Shown: positions 38,906 through 52,050, numbered from the whole stretch's first letter. The stretch: 63,983 bases of DNA, filler included, from Octopus bimaculoides (GCF_001194135.2; 11 parts of 10 records of this genome joined end to end with filler, not necessarily neighbours in it); one strand, 5' to 3'. Made by a program: numbers and translations. Notes: generated by a model from the letters alone, not told the origin.

Positions 38906-39280
38906 TTCTCTTTCTTTCTGGTCTCAAATATCACGACATACCTTTGATACGCCTATTATCACCATCATCACCTTGCACGCGTGCCTCCGTATGTATATCT
39001 GTTACTCTTTCTCATCTCAGATATCACATTACTTTTGATCTATCTATCAACACAGTCATGATCCTTGTTTTCTAAAATATATTTTCCATGACGCCTCTGC
39101 ATTTGTGTCTCTCTCTCTCCCCTCAAATGTCACCAGAAAATTTACCCCTTGCTATCATTGCCACATAACTTCTGAAAATATAATATCCATAGATCCTATC
39201 CATCCATCCATTTGTCTCTTCCTATCTCTGTCTTTCTTCCAAGTCTCAGATGTTTCTACAAAACATGTCTGTCTCTCATA
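37530..39280. repeat. Old degenerate array with about 100-125 bp period
   Basis: (TC)-rich tract followed by tctca(a/g)at(a/g)tc recurs at about 37554, 37678, 38921, 39015, 39122 and 39244; interrupted by a gap and an RTE tail. Confidence 0.45.
38551..38760 (-). mobile_element. RTE-type 3' UTR fragment with about 60-bp internal duplication
   Basis: cagctggatgcccttcctaacgccaaccactcc, then two copies of ...ggcacaggggccag...ggctggca..ccacgatcggttg.tgc.tttta.gtgccaccagcac. Confidence 0.7.
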
Positions 39281-39289
39281 ACTCTCACC

Positions 39290-39463
39290 ATAGGCGCAAG
39301 AGTGGCTGTGTAGTAAGTAGCTTGCTTACCAACCACATGATCCCGGGTTCAGTCCCACTGCATGGCACCGTGGGCAAGTGTCTTTCTACTATAGCCTCGG
39401 GCCGACCGAAGCCGTGAGAGTGAATTTGGTAGACGGAAACTGAAAGAAGCCCATCATGTATAT
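39290..39463 (+). mobile_element. SINE B head; microsatellite runs into a gap
   Basis: gagtggctgtgtagtaagtagcttgcttaccaaccacatgatcccgggttcagtccc...gaaagaagccc. Confidence 0.9.
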
Positions 39464-40167
39464 NNNNNNNNNNNNNNNNNNNNNNNNNNNNNNNNNNNNN
39501 NNNNNNNNNNNNNNNNNNNNNNNNNNNNNNNNNNNNNNNNNNNNNNNNNNNNNNNNNNNNNNNNNNNNNNNNNNNNNNNNNNNNNNNNNNNNNNNNNNNN
39601 NNNNNNNNNNNNNNNNNNNNNNNNNNNNNNNNNNNNNNNNNNNNNNNNNNNNNNNNNNNNNNNNNNNNNNNNNNNNNNNNNNNNNNNNNNNNNNNNNNNN
39701 NNNNNNNNNNNNNNNNNNNNNNNNNNNNNNNNNNNNNNNNNNNNNNNNNNNNNNNNNNNNNNNNNNNNNNNNNNNNNNNNNNNNNNNNNNNNNNNNNNNN
39801 NNNNNNNNNNNNNNNNNNNNNNNNNNNNNNNNNNNNNNNNNNNNNNNNNNNNNNNNNNNNNNNNNNNNNNNNNNNNNNNNNNNNNNNNNNNNNNNNNNNN
39901 NNNNNNNNNNNNNNNNNNNNNNNNNNNNNNNNNNNNNNNNNNNNNNNNNNNNNNNNNNNNNNNNNNNNNNNNNNNNNNNNNNNNNNNNNNNNNNNNNNNN
40001 NNNNNNNNNNNNNNNNNNNNNNNNNNNNNNNNNNNNNNNNNNNNNNNNNNNNNNNNNNNNNNNNNNNNNNNNNNNNNNNNNNNNNNNNNNNNNNNNNNNN
40101 NNNNNNNNNNNNNNNNNNNNNNNNNNNNNNNNNNNNNNNNNNNNNNNNNNNNNNNNNNNNNNNNNNN

Positions 40168-40298
40168 CATCATCATCATCATCACCATCAGCATCACCGC
40201 CACCACCACCACCGTCATCATCATCATCATCATCATCATCACCATCATCACCATCATCATCACCACTACCACTGCCACCATCACCACCGCCACCACCG

Positions 40299-40331
<33 letters not shown>

Positions 40332-40405
40332 CCCTGTCATATATCAACCTGACACACTTAACACTTTAATTTAATTGCCATTATTATTATTATTATTATT
40401 ATTAT
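40168..40405. repeat. Compound (CAT/CAC)n + (TAT)n
   Basis: Direct inspection. Confidence 0.9.
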
Positions 40406-40589
40406 GTCACTCTCTCTTGCTCCTTCCACACCCCACCTCCCGTCGCCACAGCGACGTCCTCTTCAGCAAAGTGGACGAGGTCAAACTCTCTCTCAAGTGA
40501 AGTGTCGCTGAGGTCAACCCACTCACGCTTATTAGTCAGAATCATTGTCACAGCTCAACCTATGAGGAGGGTAAGGTAGTAGTGTACCT

Positions 40590-40937
40590 AGTTACTGGAC
40601 AACGACCATACTGGGGCACAGCACCGCCTTCAGTGTTTGTCTTTAGTCAATCACATTGACCTCTAGTACTTATTTCAAGTCTATCTTATCGGTCAATTTT
40701 TAATAAACCACTAAGGGGATATAAACAAACCAACAATGGTTGCTTTTTTTTCTCTTCATTTTTTTATCCCGCCTTAACTGTCCTTTCTTTACAAGAGTGT
40801 AGGCTTGAAACATTAAAAATTTCTTCCATTTTTCCTGAGTTAAGCCCTTTTTCCAGTTCTTTCCCAACATCAACTTTGTGTTTTCTTGGTCTATCTATCT
40901 ATCTATCTATCTATCTATCCATCTATCTGTCCATCTA

Positions 40938-40977
<40 letters not shown>

Positions 40978-41290
40978 CCAAATCCACTCGCAAGGCTTTG
41001 GTCAGCCTGAGGCTATAGTAGAAGATACCTGCCCAAAGTGCCATACAATAGGACTGAACCCGGAACCATGTGGTTGGGAAGCAAGCTTTTTACCAGACAG
41101 CCACTCCGGCACGTATATATATATATGATGGACTTCTTTCAGTTTTTTGTCAACCAAATCCGTCCACAAGGATTTGGTAAATCCAAGGCTATAACAGAAG
41201 AGACTTGCCCAAGGTGACATGCAGTGGAATTGACCCCAGAACCAACTGGTTGAGATGCATGCATCTTACCACACAGCCACACCTGTGCCT
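40590..41290 (-). mobile_element. Cluster of SINE B pieces (tail about 40590-40742; heads 40975-41112 and 41128-41290)
   Basis: Repeated ggctatagtagaagatac.tgccc...ggaaccatgtggttgggaagcaagc. Confidence 0.75.
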
Positions 41291-41725
41291 ATTTCAGGTT
41301 TTCTTTTATATATATACATATATTNNNNNNNNNNNNNNNNNNNNNNNNNNNNNNNNNNNNNNNNNNNNNNNNNNNNNNNNNNNNNNNNNNNNNNNNNNNN
41401 NNNNNNNNNNNNNNNNNNNNNNNNNNNNNNNNNNNNNNNNNNNNNNNNNNNNNNNNNNNNNNNNNNNNNNNNNNNNNNNNNNNNNNNNNNNNNNNNNNNN
41501 NNNNNNNNNNNNNNNNNNNNNNNNNNNNNNNNNNNNNNNNNNNNNNNNNNNNNNNNNNNNNNNNNNNNNNNNNNNNNNNNNNNNNNNNNNNNNNNNNNNN
41601 NNNNNNNNNNNNNNNNNNNNNNNNNNNNGCACGCACACTTGTTGGTGTGCATGTGCACACATGTGTGCGTGTTTGCGAGTGTCTGTGTTTACATGTGTGT
41701 GCGTGTGCATGTGTGTTCGTATGTG

Positions 41726-41765
<40 letters not shown>

Positions 41766-42404
41766 TGTGTGTGCAATTGCGTATGTTTATGTATTTTTAT
41801 TGTGCATGCATGTATGTATGAGTGTGTGTACATATGTGCGCATGTATGCGTGGTTGTGCATTTGTTTATGAGTGTGTATGTGTGTGTGAATGCGTTTGCG
41901 TTTTTCAAGTGCGTGTAATAATGTGTATGCTTGTGTGTATACCTGATTGCGTGTTTGTGTGTGTGCATAGCTGTGTGCATGATATCATGCATGTGTTTGC
42001 ATGCATATGTAACTTGTTTGCATGCATATGTAACATGTGTGTTCACACGGCCATTAACAAACTCAATCTTCAATGGTATGTTTTACAAAAATTTCCACAT
42101 TCTCAATTTCCTTAATTACTAAAACACATTCTTAATTCGTTGACCAAATTATTCACAATGGCAGCTAAGTTTTCATGCCAAATATCCCAAGCTCACCGTC
42201 TCCACCAGAGGTCAGTGAACCAGGGTAAATTATCCAAAGTGGGGTAAAACTGAAATTCTTGGAGGTAATGAGGACTCGTTAGACATAAGTATAATTATAT
42301 CAAAAATGTATTTTTTGTTACAGCAGAATTTTTTCTTCTGGCAACCCTGCATCTGTCCAATGTAAAAAGGGAGAACTTCTGATAATGCAGAAAGTTTAAT
42401 AAGA

Positions 42405-42442
42405 CCTTTATATTTCGGGCACAAAGGCCCATCTTCAGAAGG
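42405..42442 (-). ncRNA. Minimal type I hammerhead ribozyme motif (PLE-type), intact core
   Basis: Minus strand reads cctt CTGAAGA t GGGC-ctttgt-GCCC GAAA TAT A aagg: helix I cctt/aagg, helix II 4 bp, palindromic helix III ATAT, AUA cleavage triplet. Confidence 0.7.
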
Positions 42443-42676
42443 AAAGAACAGTCTAGGAAAAGTCCAGTTATGTAGGATCTGTTAACGTATACACAGACAT
42501 GCAGGAAGTAAATAGATACCTTTAATTTTTCAAAATTTCTGATCTAAGCGTCTTAATATGTTTTCAGCAGTGTAGANNNNNNNNNNNNNNNNNNNNNNNN
42601 NNNNNNNNNNNNNNNNNNNNTTAATTAATTAANNNNNNNNNNNNNNNNNNNNNNNNNNNNNNNNNNNNNNNNNNNN

Positions 42677-42981
42677 TCTATTTCCAGGTCTTTGTATTTT
42701 GAAAGTTTTTCCATTTCTTTTAGAGAAACGTTGTCATCTGCTGGTATTGATACATCAATTAGAAAGCATTTTTTTTTCTTCGTGATCTTTGACAACTATA
42801 TCTGGTCTATTTGCCTTAATTTCTCTATCTGTGTGTATTGGCATATCCCAGAGTATGGTTGCTTTCTCGTTTTCTGTGACCTTTTCTGGCGTGTGTTTAT
42901 ACCATCTTTTTTCTGATGTTATTCCATAGTGTTGGCATAGCTTCCAGTGTATATAGGTCCCAGCTCTGTCGTGTCTGTGAA

Positions 42982-42985
<4 letters not shown>
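42677..42985 (-). mobile_element. R4/Dong-like LINE fragment, restriction-like endonuclease (REL) domain
   Basis: RHDRAGTYIHWKLCQHY...ENEKATILWDMPIHTDREIKANRPDIVVKD then, after a frameshift, IDVSIPADDNVSLKEMEKLSKYKDLEIE (PD-(D/E)xK motif). Confidence 0.85.
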
Positions 42986-43058
<73 letters not shown>

Positions 43059-43088
43059 GTGTACATACATACATACATACATACATAC
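42983..43088. repeat. (ATT)n + (TACA)n
   Basis: Direct inspection. Confidence 0.9.
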
Positions 43089-44569
43089 TAGCAAACGCAC
43101 CTGTTCTTTGGACGGTTTAAGTTGCTTTTGTGGTATTTTTTCTCCAAATAATTAAACTACCTTGAAGGTTTATAAGTAGCTATGCAATCTATGTTTCCGA
43201 TTAACCTAGGAACGGAAAATGAAAATGAACGCAGGTTATTGTGGAGGTCCTTGCACGTTAATAATCATAGTACATATAAGTTTGCAAGCGATGCAAAGTA
43301 GAGGTACTGAAGTGTGTTGGGAGTAGATTACGGATAATGAATACAAAATACAGTTGTTTTTCATAAAAGCGAAATTTCTCATCAGAACAGCCACATAAAT
43401 GGTGTAAGGAAATTGAAGGAAGATATTGAAACTTCCCCTCTGCGTGTTTATTCTATTCAACAACAAAGGGAGCTATTTTTTCAGAGAGATAAGCTCACAA
43501 AAGCCCCTTATTCTGTCTTCTACATAGCTTGCGCATAAACTAACAGCGAATGCCGCATAAAGTTAAATTGGTATGGAGCTTTCTGAAAGATATGTATCGC
43601 TTTCGCTAGTGGAAGCAAAACTCTTATTTAAAGGTTGATTCTTTTGGACGAATCATATGTGATTGTTTAAAAGGGAATCGAACGACAATGCTAAAACGTA
43701 TTTGAAACAATGGACAACAGTTGAAATATCATAATGGATTGGTAAATAAGGATCCTTAAAGTGAAACAAAGATATCAAAGGTAAACAAAAGTATCAACAA
43801 ATATAAGAGATGGGAGGGAACATCACCTTTCAAGTAACGCAAGATAGGTAAAGGTAAGGTTGCCAAAGTTTAATGCGGTTTAAATATGTAGATTCAGATA
43901 GTCTGGTATTGGATATTCATAGCGTACTGTGTTCTAGTCAATTGAATTACCGTCTTAGGTGGACAACAGAAATAACTAGACAAAATCCTTTCACTTTATG
44001 ACAAAAAAAGTATGGAAAACCCTACCTGCATAAAAATTATGTCCATTTACATCCAATTACGCGAGAACTCTGAGCTAAATGTTATAGTGCATGAGCATCC
44101 TTGGGACATAAGTAATGTGTGTGTAAAGTTTGGTGAAAATCGGTTGAGAATTGTGGAAATGTATGCGTTAGTCATTATACACACACATACTGCGATTTAT
44201 ATATACTATATATATATATATATATATATAAGTAATTATTGGACTGTGGGTATATGTCTAGTAGTATGCTGATTAAAGCGCTTACACTACTTAGGCTACC
44301 TGATGTCATCACCTGGAAATGTTTTCCATGCTGTGTCACTATATTCCACATGCGACCACAACATGCCAAGCGAAACTCAGTATATGTAACGAAGTATTTT
44401 ATTTAAACCGGGACACCTAACGAGATGCATCCTTCAAAGATGGATGCAACACATCTAGCTGTGCAATATCCCACCCTTTAAGGACAGATGAAGGAAGCTT
44501 CGAAACAAGCGCTGCGTTGAATAAATATTCTTGGTAACTCCATTTTCTATTTCCCTCATTATATATATA

Positions 44570-44657
44570 TACATACATACATACATACATACATACATAC
44601 ATACATACATACATACATGCATGCATACATACATACATACATACATACATACATACA

Positions 44658-44686
<29 letters not shown>
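44570..44686. repeat. (TACA)n
   Basis: Direct inspection. Confidence 0.95.
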
Positions 44687-44689
<3 letters not shown>

Positions 44690-44714
44690 GTGTCTACGAG
44701 GTTACTATGTTAGA

Positions 44715-45480
44715 CCCATTTCTATTTGTTATCTACACGATTTATTAACGACGTATGTGGTTGAAGAACAGAAGTCCAATTCGATTTATATATTGTAATT
44801 CGGTGGTTAGAAAAATAAAACACGTTTCTGAACGACGAAATCCGAGCTCATTCACATTGGAGAAGAAGGTACACTTAAATAGTCCTATTCCTTCTTTCCG
44901 AGTCTTATTTGTGATGACAAATTAACATGGAGAAAACACTTCAACAATAAACTCAATATAGCCCACAGAATGTGCTCATGAACCTTTAAAACTTTCCAGT
45001 CTAGAGATTATGAGGCCATTTTCTTCTCTACATTTGCCAGGTAACATATACCATATTATTGGTGTCCATTATAGTCTTAAAATACAAGATAAATCATTAT
45101 GATAATCGAAACTTCTCAGAAATACATAACGAGAAATACAAATGACATGACAAACATTTTACTGAGATTGCCTGATAAAGCTCCAACTTTATTCTCTCCA
45201 ACGCTGGAAAATTTAGCAAATATTTCATGTATATTATCCAAAGAATTTCTGGTGTCAAGTTTGCGACCCATCCACAGATTGGTACTCGAATCACATGTTC
45301 TCCAAACGCTTATGTCATATTTAAACAGACCGACATAATTTTATTTATTTCAATTGGTTCTGCATTATTGAACATTATTTCGACAGAAATCAAAGAAGAA
45401 ATATACCCGATAACATTTAAACGTTTCCAGATACATTCGGATACATCTCGGCAAACAAGAACTCCTAAAAGAGTAAACTA
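44715..45480 (+). mobile_element. Old CR1/L2-like LINE RT 3' remnant
   Basis: PFLFVIY, DDKLTWRKHFNNKLNIAHRM, TFKTFQSRD, IETSQKYITR and FISIGSALLNII..EIKEE...FKRF occur in colinear order with frameshifts. Confidence 0.6.
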
Positions 45481-46221
45481 TGATGTCCTAAAACTCAACT
45501 TAATCTCACCACTAGTTGGTGATATTTAGTTAGACTTGGTCTGACATTATTAGGGAAAATCTATCGAATTAATCAAAGTTTTATAAGTATGTAGATATAT
45601 ACATACATACATGCATGCATATATTCATATATATTTACATATATATATATGTATATATGTGTGTGTGTGTGTAGATATGTATATGTATATATATATATAT
45701 TGTTGTACTTGGGGATGGTNNNNNNNNNNNNNNNNNNNNNNNNNNNNNNNNNNNNNNNNNNNNTTAATTAATTAANNNNNNNNNNNNNNNNNNNNNNNNN
45801 NNNNNNNNNNNNNNNNNNNTATATATATATGCATACCTACACACACACACTCACGCGCACATACATATATATACGGTCACACCAAGGCATGCACAAGTAC
45901 GCTTATATATATATATATATATATGTTGATATATGCAGACATGAAATATACATCTTTGCACTATGCCTTAAAATTACGAAGACCGTACATGCACGCATGT
46001 GCTGTTCGAAATTATTTATACATTCCTCGGTGAACATTTTTTCCTCCGTTTGTTTGGCAAGCAGTTTTTGTTCTTCATATATCCAGTAAATATGGAAGCA
46101 CACATACTCATTTAAATCTGTAGACGTGTATATATGCTAACATACACACGCACACATATATGTATGTGTACATATATTATCTATCACTCTATATATCTGT
46201 CTGTGTATCTATGTATCTATC

Positions 46222-46276
<55 letters not shown>

Positions 46277-46658
46277 ACGATGCAGGGCACAATAAGAAGG
46301 AGAAAAGACTTGGAATAATGTTGGCGCTTTAATGGATGCAGAAAATGTCTGAACGTTTCATAGGTTAGTCTTTTATCAGAAGAAAGACAGAACCATAAAA
46401 CGTATTAGAAAGAGAGATGGGCAGTGAATGATGAATTGGAGACATCTTAGAAACGCGGTGGGAATGCCGTGATATGAGGGAGCTGAGAAGGAAGGGAGGG
46501 GTAAATACAATTACCTGCGCCTGGAATTGGACATAAGAAGAATGTGATGCGTATGTGATGGGAGGATGGGTTATACATATATGCTTTTATAGATATGTGT
46601 GTATATGTGTGATGCGTGTGCACGCGCATGTGTGTATGCGCACGTGTGTGCGTGTGTG

Positions 46659-46701
<43 letters not shown>

Positions 46702-46817
46702 GCATACATACATACATACATACATACAAACATATATATTATGGAAGATGTTACACGTACTTACCAGCTGCCCCAAAATCATGGTACTACTTCCCTGTGC
46801 TACATGATATTGTCACG

Positions 46818-46894
<77 letters not shown>

Positions 46895-46898
<4 letters not shown>

Positions 46899-47343
46899 AT
46901 GCCATTCTGTAAAAAGACTGTCTTGAAATAAATAAAGAGAATTCCCGGGTTATTGAATACATACACAAACATCAACACAAAGAATACTGGTGGAACATTC
47001 CCATCAAAACATCTGCCAAGTACAAGAATAACAAATCAGATGTTGCTGTTTGGGACAAACAAGAAATATTACGTACCGTCATAGAGGTCACCTGTCCTGC
47101 TCATGTTAATACCTCTCTGAAAAAGAATGAGAAAGAGGGTAACTGAGAATAAATGCTTCGAAATCTCCAGCTTCTCTATTTAGATTATAAATACACATTT
47201 ATATCAATAAGATCTGGAGCATTTAGTTTTGTGAATAAATGCTTATGTGACAATCTAGATCAGAAAAAGAAATCATTTAACTCGCTCATTACAAATACAA
47301 TCTGTAAGTACAACAGTAAAAGTATGGAAAACGATTCTTAAGT
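46895..47343 (+). mobile_element. REL-endonuclease LINE fragment of a different subgroup (CRE/HERO-like), decayed
   Basis: EYWWNIPIKTSAKYKNNKSDVAVWDKQEILRTVIEVTCPAHVNTSLKKNEKEGN*E*MLRNLQLLYLDYKYTFISIRSGAFSFVNKCL, with two stops. The subgroup is inference. Confidence 0.65.
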
Positions 47344-47819
47344 TTAAAATGTGACGTTTTCGTTATCTATATTCTAATGATGAAATTCTGTATCTTTGCT
47401 AAAAACCGGACACTCCCATAGAGGAAGAATTTAAACAATTAAAAACAGGCGAGAACACTCACATACATACATACATACATACATACATACATACATACAT
47501 ACATACAGTCCAACCTGTGAGGGGAACAGTAAAAATAAGCTCCAAATATGAATTTGTCTGTGTTAACTGCATCCCAACGATGGCGCCTTGTATATTTGTT
47601 GGAAACTGGCTCTCCCTTCAGTGGAAGATTTATAATAATTAGGAAATACAACACACACACACACACACACACAGATACACACACACACACGCACACACAC
47701 ACACACACATACACACGCGCGTATATATACACACACAAATACATACAAATATAGATATATAAAAATTCATATGTATGCCGGTGTATGCACAGAGATAAAT
47801 ACACAATCACGCTCACACA

Positions 47820-47903
47820 TACATACATCACATAGACACACATCACATAGACACACATCACATTGACACACATCACATAGACACACATCACATAGACACA
47901 CAT
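47820..47903. repeat. 15-bp minisatellite ACACACATCACATAG x5
   Basis: Direct inspection. Confidence 0.85.
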
Positions 47904-49645
47904 ACCTGCATAGCATTTGGCACATTTATCGAAAACATATCCCGAAATAATTTGTTGGCAAGCTTATTAACCAAATGACATATTGTTGGAAAAACAAATA
48001 TACATCAAAACTACTGTCGCCTTTATAAATAATTATAGTAATTTTCAATCAAGAACACAATTCCCTTTAAATGAAATATATTTTCACTTTTTGGGCGTAT
48101 ATGCGTATATATGCGTGTTCTGTGCGTGTGTACACGTTGGTTACATAAAGCGTCCAACACTTAAACACTTAACTGTTCTAAATTATTACATGTAAAATCA
48201 ATAATAACGAATTGTAACCGACGTGCGCAACCATATTAAGGGTGAACTTGAGACGATTAAATGTACTCGATAAGCTGACTTATATTTAGTTTATCGTACC
48301 ACGATCACTGACAAGTAAATTTTACCACGGCGTAATTTGATCGCAGGATCTAAGTGAGCATAATTAGATGTCGTTGATTATTTTGTTCCGGGCTCTACAA
48401 ATACATGTTCACTACACAAATGACCATTTAGGTATTTATTTCTAGTAAGGAACACGACCAGAACTAGTCAAAGACTGTCAGTACTTGATTGATATTTAAC
48501 CATTTCCTAACGGTATTTCTGATTAAATACGCTGCCTTTGATTAAATTAATTTTGGAAATAATGAAGAATTTAGTAAAATACTATTGTCATTCTTATTTA
48601 TTAACGTAACATGAAACTTTGACGGAAGGTTTTAATTTAAACCGCTTTAAAGCAAGAAGTGAGTATCATCGAACCAAAGCAGAGTTAAGTTGATTGGTTA
48701 AGCAATAGACTTCAGTTATCGTCTGCCCAGCACGGTTTTGTAAAAGAGACTATTTCTTGACCTAAATGTGAATATCTTAAGGTTATGGAATATAAATTCC
48801 TACGCCCAACGAGAAATGCACTAGATTACATATAATTCATTAATTCATATTCACTAACTATTCAGAACTTCAAACATAGAGGCCTTTAATCCCATTATCA
48901 ATTAATCACTGTATCAATTCATATATTTCTTTAAAGAATAAAAATAATTCGATGCATATTTACCTTTATTTCAACGTATATGCCGACGATCAATTTGTTT
49001 TTCGAAAAACTTTTAATTACAGATACAATATAACCGATAGGCTTCTGTACACTTTCCACCAGCTCAATTTGACCCTCAATGTTTAGATTTATTTAAGCAT
49101 ATGGAAAATGAGAGACACCCAACGTAATATGTAGTAGAAAGTGCACTAGTTGTTAGGTTGTTCTGGTCCAGGCAGAAGTGTCCAATTTTTGGAAAGGCAG
49201 CCACATTCTTTTCTTAAGAAAGGCACATAATTTCTCTCGATTTTAAAGCTTCAATAAGTATCAGCTGGTGTGGTCTTCTCTTTCACCAGCTGCCACATCC
49301 TTAGTGATCCATTGGGTCAAATGTAAGGGCTAGGAGGGTTTGAGTGTCTGCCGGTAATTACATAAGCATCTAAAGCTATTAGCCACGGACTGTTATTCAT
49401 TACCAAGTCACGCTTGCGGATGTAGTGGTGTTTCCTTGTATGTTTTTTTTGTATGTATGCATCTGTGCGCACGCTTGTATGTATATATGGTATGTCTTGG
49501 TATGAATATATATGTATATATATATATATACATAAATATATATATNNNNNNNNNNNNNNNNNNNNNNNNNNNNNNNNNNNNNNNNNNNNTTAATTAATTA
49601 ANNNNNNNNNNNNNNNNNNNNNNNNNNNNNNNNNNNNNNNNNNNN

Positions 49646-49831
49646 AAATATAAAGATCTTGAAATAGAAATTAGCAAAATGTGGAATCTGAAGACGAAAA
49701 CAATACCTATTGTCATAGGAATGACAGCGAAACGGGCTGATTACTACCTAGATCAGATTCCAGGAAACCCCAAAATGGCTGAAGTTCAAAAGATAGTGCT
49801 CATGGGAACTGCCCATATCCTACGTAAAGTT
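49646..49831 (+). mobile_element. R4/Dong-like LINE C-terminal fragment
   Basis: KYKDLEIEISKMWNLKTKTIPIVIG...QIPGNPKMAEVQKIVLMGTAHILRKV; cut by a gap on the left and a SINE A on the right. Confidence 0.8.
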
Positions 49832-50004
49832 TCGAAGGCGGGGTTAAGTCGATTGCATCAACCTCAGTGTCGAACTAGTATTTATTCTATCGACCCCTAA
49901 ATCGAAAGACGGCCTCAGCAGAATTTGAACTCAGAATGAGAAGATGAACGAAATGCCTCTAAGTGTTTTATCCGACATGCTAAGGACTCTGCCAGCTCGC
50001 TGCT
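49832..50004 (-). mobile_element. Diverged SINE A
   Basis: gaatttgaactcagaa...ctctgccagctcgc. Confidence 0.75.
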
Positions 50005-50572
50005 CTCGGAAATATGAATATTAAAACTGTAAATAAGGAATCTCGCTATTTTAGATTTCTAGTTAGAATTTAGCAATTTTTAGTTAGCTTTTAATGTTCG
50101 CTATATCAAATATCTTGTCACTACCTCAACTATTCCCTTTCACGCTGATGGCGTATCCGAATTTTCATTATTTCTTTATTCCAGCAAATGGTTTCTCTGA
50201 GAAGCAATATCAAAAAATTAATTGCGGAGAAATTGAGTATATCATTTATTGTATATGCGTTTCTCGTATTGCGATACAATTTAGTCCACTAGAGAAAATA
50301 TATTCACGCAAGTTATACTAGCTAAAGATTACTGAATTTAATCTCTATTATGACTGATATATAGTGTCTTGCAGCCATTTATATTTCTCTTTATTAAAAT
50401 TCAAGAGAGAATAATATCAATAAGTAAGATTTATCATTTATATCTGCACTTCCTCTTTAACTATAGGCCTATGAATGTGTGTATATGCATATGTATACGT
50501 ATACCTATCTACATGTTTGTGTATACATATATACGTGTGTGGTGTGTATATATTTACATATAGATATATATT

Positions 50573-50647
<75 letters not shown>

Positions 50648-50677
50648 CTATATATGTATGTATATATATTATGTAGT

Positions 50678-50894
50678 GGAGGCGCAATGGCCCGGTTGTT
50701 AGGGCAGCGGACTCGCGGTCATAGGATCGCGATTTCGATTCTCAGACCGGGCGTTGTGAGTGTTTATTGAGCGAAAACACCTAAAGCTCCACGAGGGACC
50801 GGCAGGGGATGGTGGCAAAACCTGCTGTACTTTCCACCACAACTTTCTCTCACTCTCACTTCTTGTTTCAGTTGTGCTTGTATTTCAAAGGGTC
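50678..50894 (+). mobile_element. tRNA-head SINE (distinct family), 3'-truncated
   Basis: ggaggcgcaatggcccggttgttagggcagcggactcgcgg...ttcgattctc head continues into a non-tRNA body. Confidence 0.75.
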
Positions 50895-50899
50895 AGACC

Positions 50900-51425
50900 C
50901 GATACTAAAACGATGGGATAGAAACAGTGGGTCACCTAATATCTGGATTAAAGTTTTAGCACCTGTAGAGTACAGATGAAGACATGAGAGTTGGCCAATA
51001 TCTTCACTGGACAATGTGTCGCCATTATAAAATCAAAACTGCTGACAAATCGTACAAACACCACCCTGAGGCTGTAACTGAGGGAGAAAATATAACTGTT
51101 CTTTGCGACCAGCCAGTATGTACAGACTGGACCATCAAGGCAAGCAAACCAGATATTGTTGTGAAAGACCAAATCAATAACGTCTGTGACCATAATATCT
51201 CAGCAAAAGAATTTGGTAAGTTAAGAAAAATAATGATTTGCTCATCGAAAGCGAAAAGATGTGGCATCTCAAAACAGTTACAGTACCAGTGGTTGTAGGA
51301 TTACTTTGAATGACCAAAAAAGGCACTGAAAGTTATTTAAGAATGATCCCAGGTTTATCATGTATGCTGGGAGTGCAAAAAAATGTCTTAACCGGACCGT
51401 AACGCATATTGAGAAGAGCAATGTT
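50900..51425 (+). mobile_element. Decayed R4/Dong-like LINE 3' end (CCHC region + REL)
   Basis: ETVGHLISG..KVLAPVEY..RVGQYLHWTMCRHY...ASKPDIVVKD...KMWHLKTVTVPVVVG, with frameshifts. Confidence 0.75.
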
Positions 51426-51660
51426 GCTGTGAATTATCTTTCCCTTTTTCTCCCTTTTTTCTCTGTTTACATTTTTCTTTTTTCTTTTTTCTTTCTGTCT
51501 TTCTTCCCCATTTTCTATATCACATGACTTTATCAATGGACAATTTGGTGTGTTTATTTTAATGGCGTACCAATGTATACAGAAGGTTTCTCTGCACTAG
51601 GCGTCAGGAAGACAGTCAGAAATAAATGGAAACAGAATTGGAAGATGATAATGAAAATAA

Positions 51661-51692
51661 CTCTTCTTCTTCTTCTTCTTCTTCTTCTTCTT

Positions 51693-51723
<31 letters not shown>

Positions 51724-51967
51724 ATAGAAGTAGTAATAGTAGTAGTAGTAGCAGTAGTAACAATAGTGGTAGCGCTATTGTTATTTTTATTAATGATATT
51801 GGAAGATGTGATTATTTTTCTCGTTCTTTATGTCGTTTTCTTTTAAATTACATCATACAATGATTATTGTTGATGCTTTGAAAAATAACAATCCCTTTTA
51901 ACGTTTTTTTAAAATAAATATTCGACAGTATTAACGTTGTTGTCACTCTCATTCACTTCGTTCTCAT

Positions 51968-52012
<45 letters not shown>

Positions 52013-52050
52013 TATTATTATTATTATTATTACCATCATCATCATCATTA

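Noticed and set aside
45099-45338. 79-aa ORF that looks protein-like
   Set aside because: Lies inside a frameshifted CR1/L2 remnant; only its start (IETSQKYITR) is in the RT frame.
42677-49831. Idea that the R4 fragments at 42677 (-) and 49646 (+) are halves of one mis-oriented copy
   Set aside because: Their overlapping KYKDLEIE codons differ at several synonymous positions, so they are different copies.
50146-50197. Candidate micro-exon after a strong acceptor (ttattccAG)
   Set aside because: Weak donor; translations do not fit VWD sequence; indistinguishable from background in AT-rich DNA.
50678-50750. tRNA-like sequence
   Set aside because: No proper acceptor stem, and it continues into a SINE body; it is a SINE head, not a tRNA gene.
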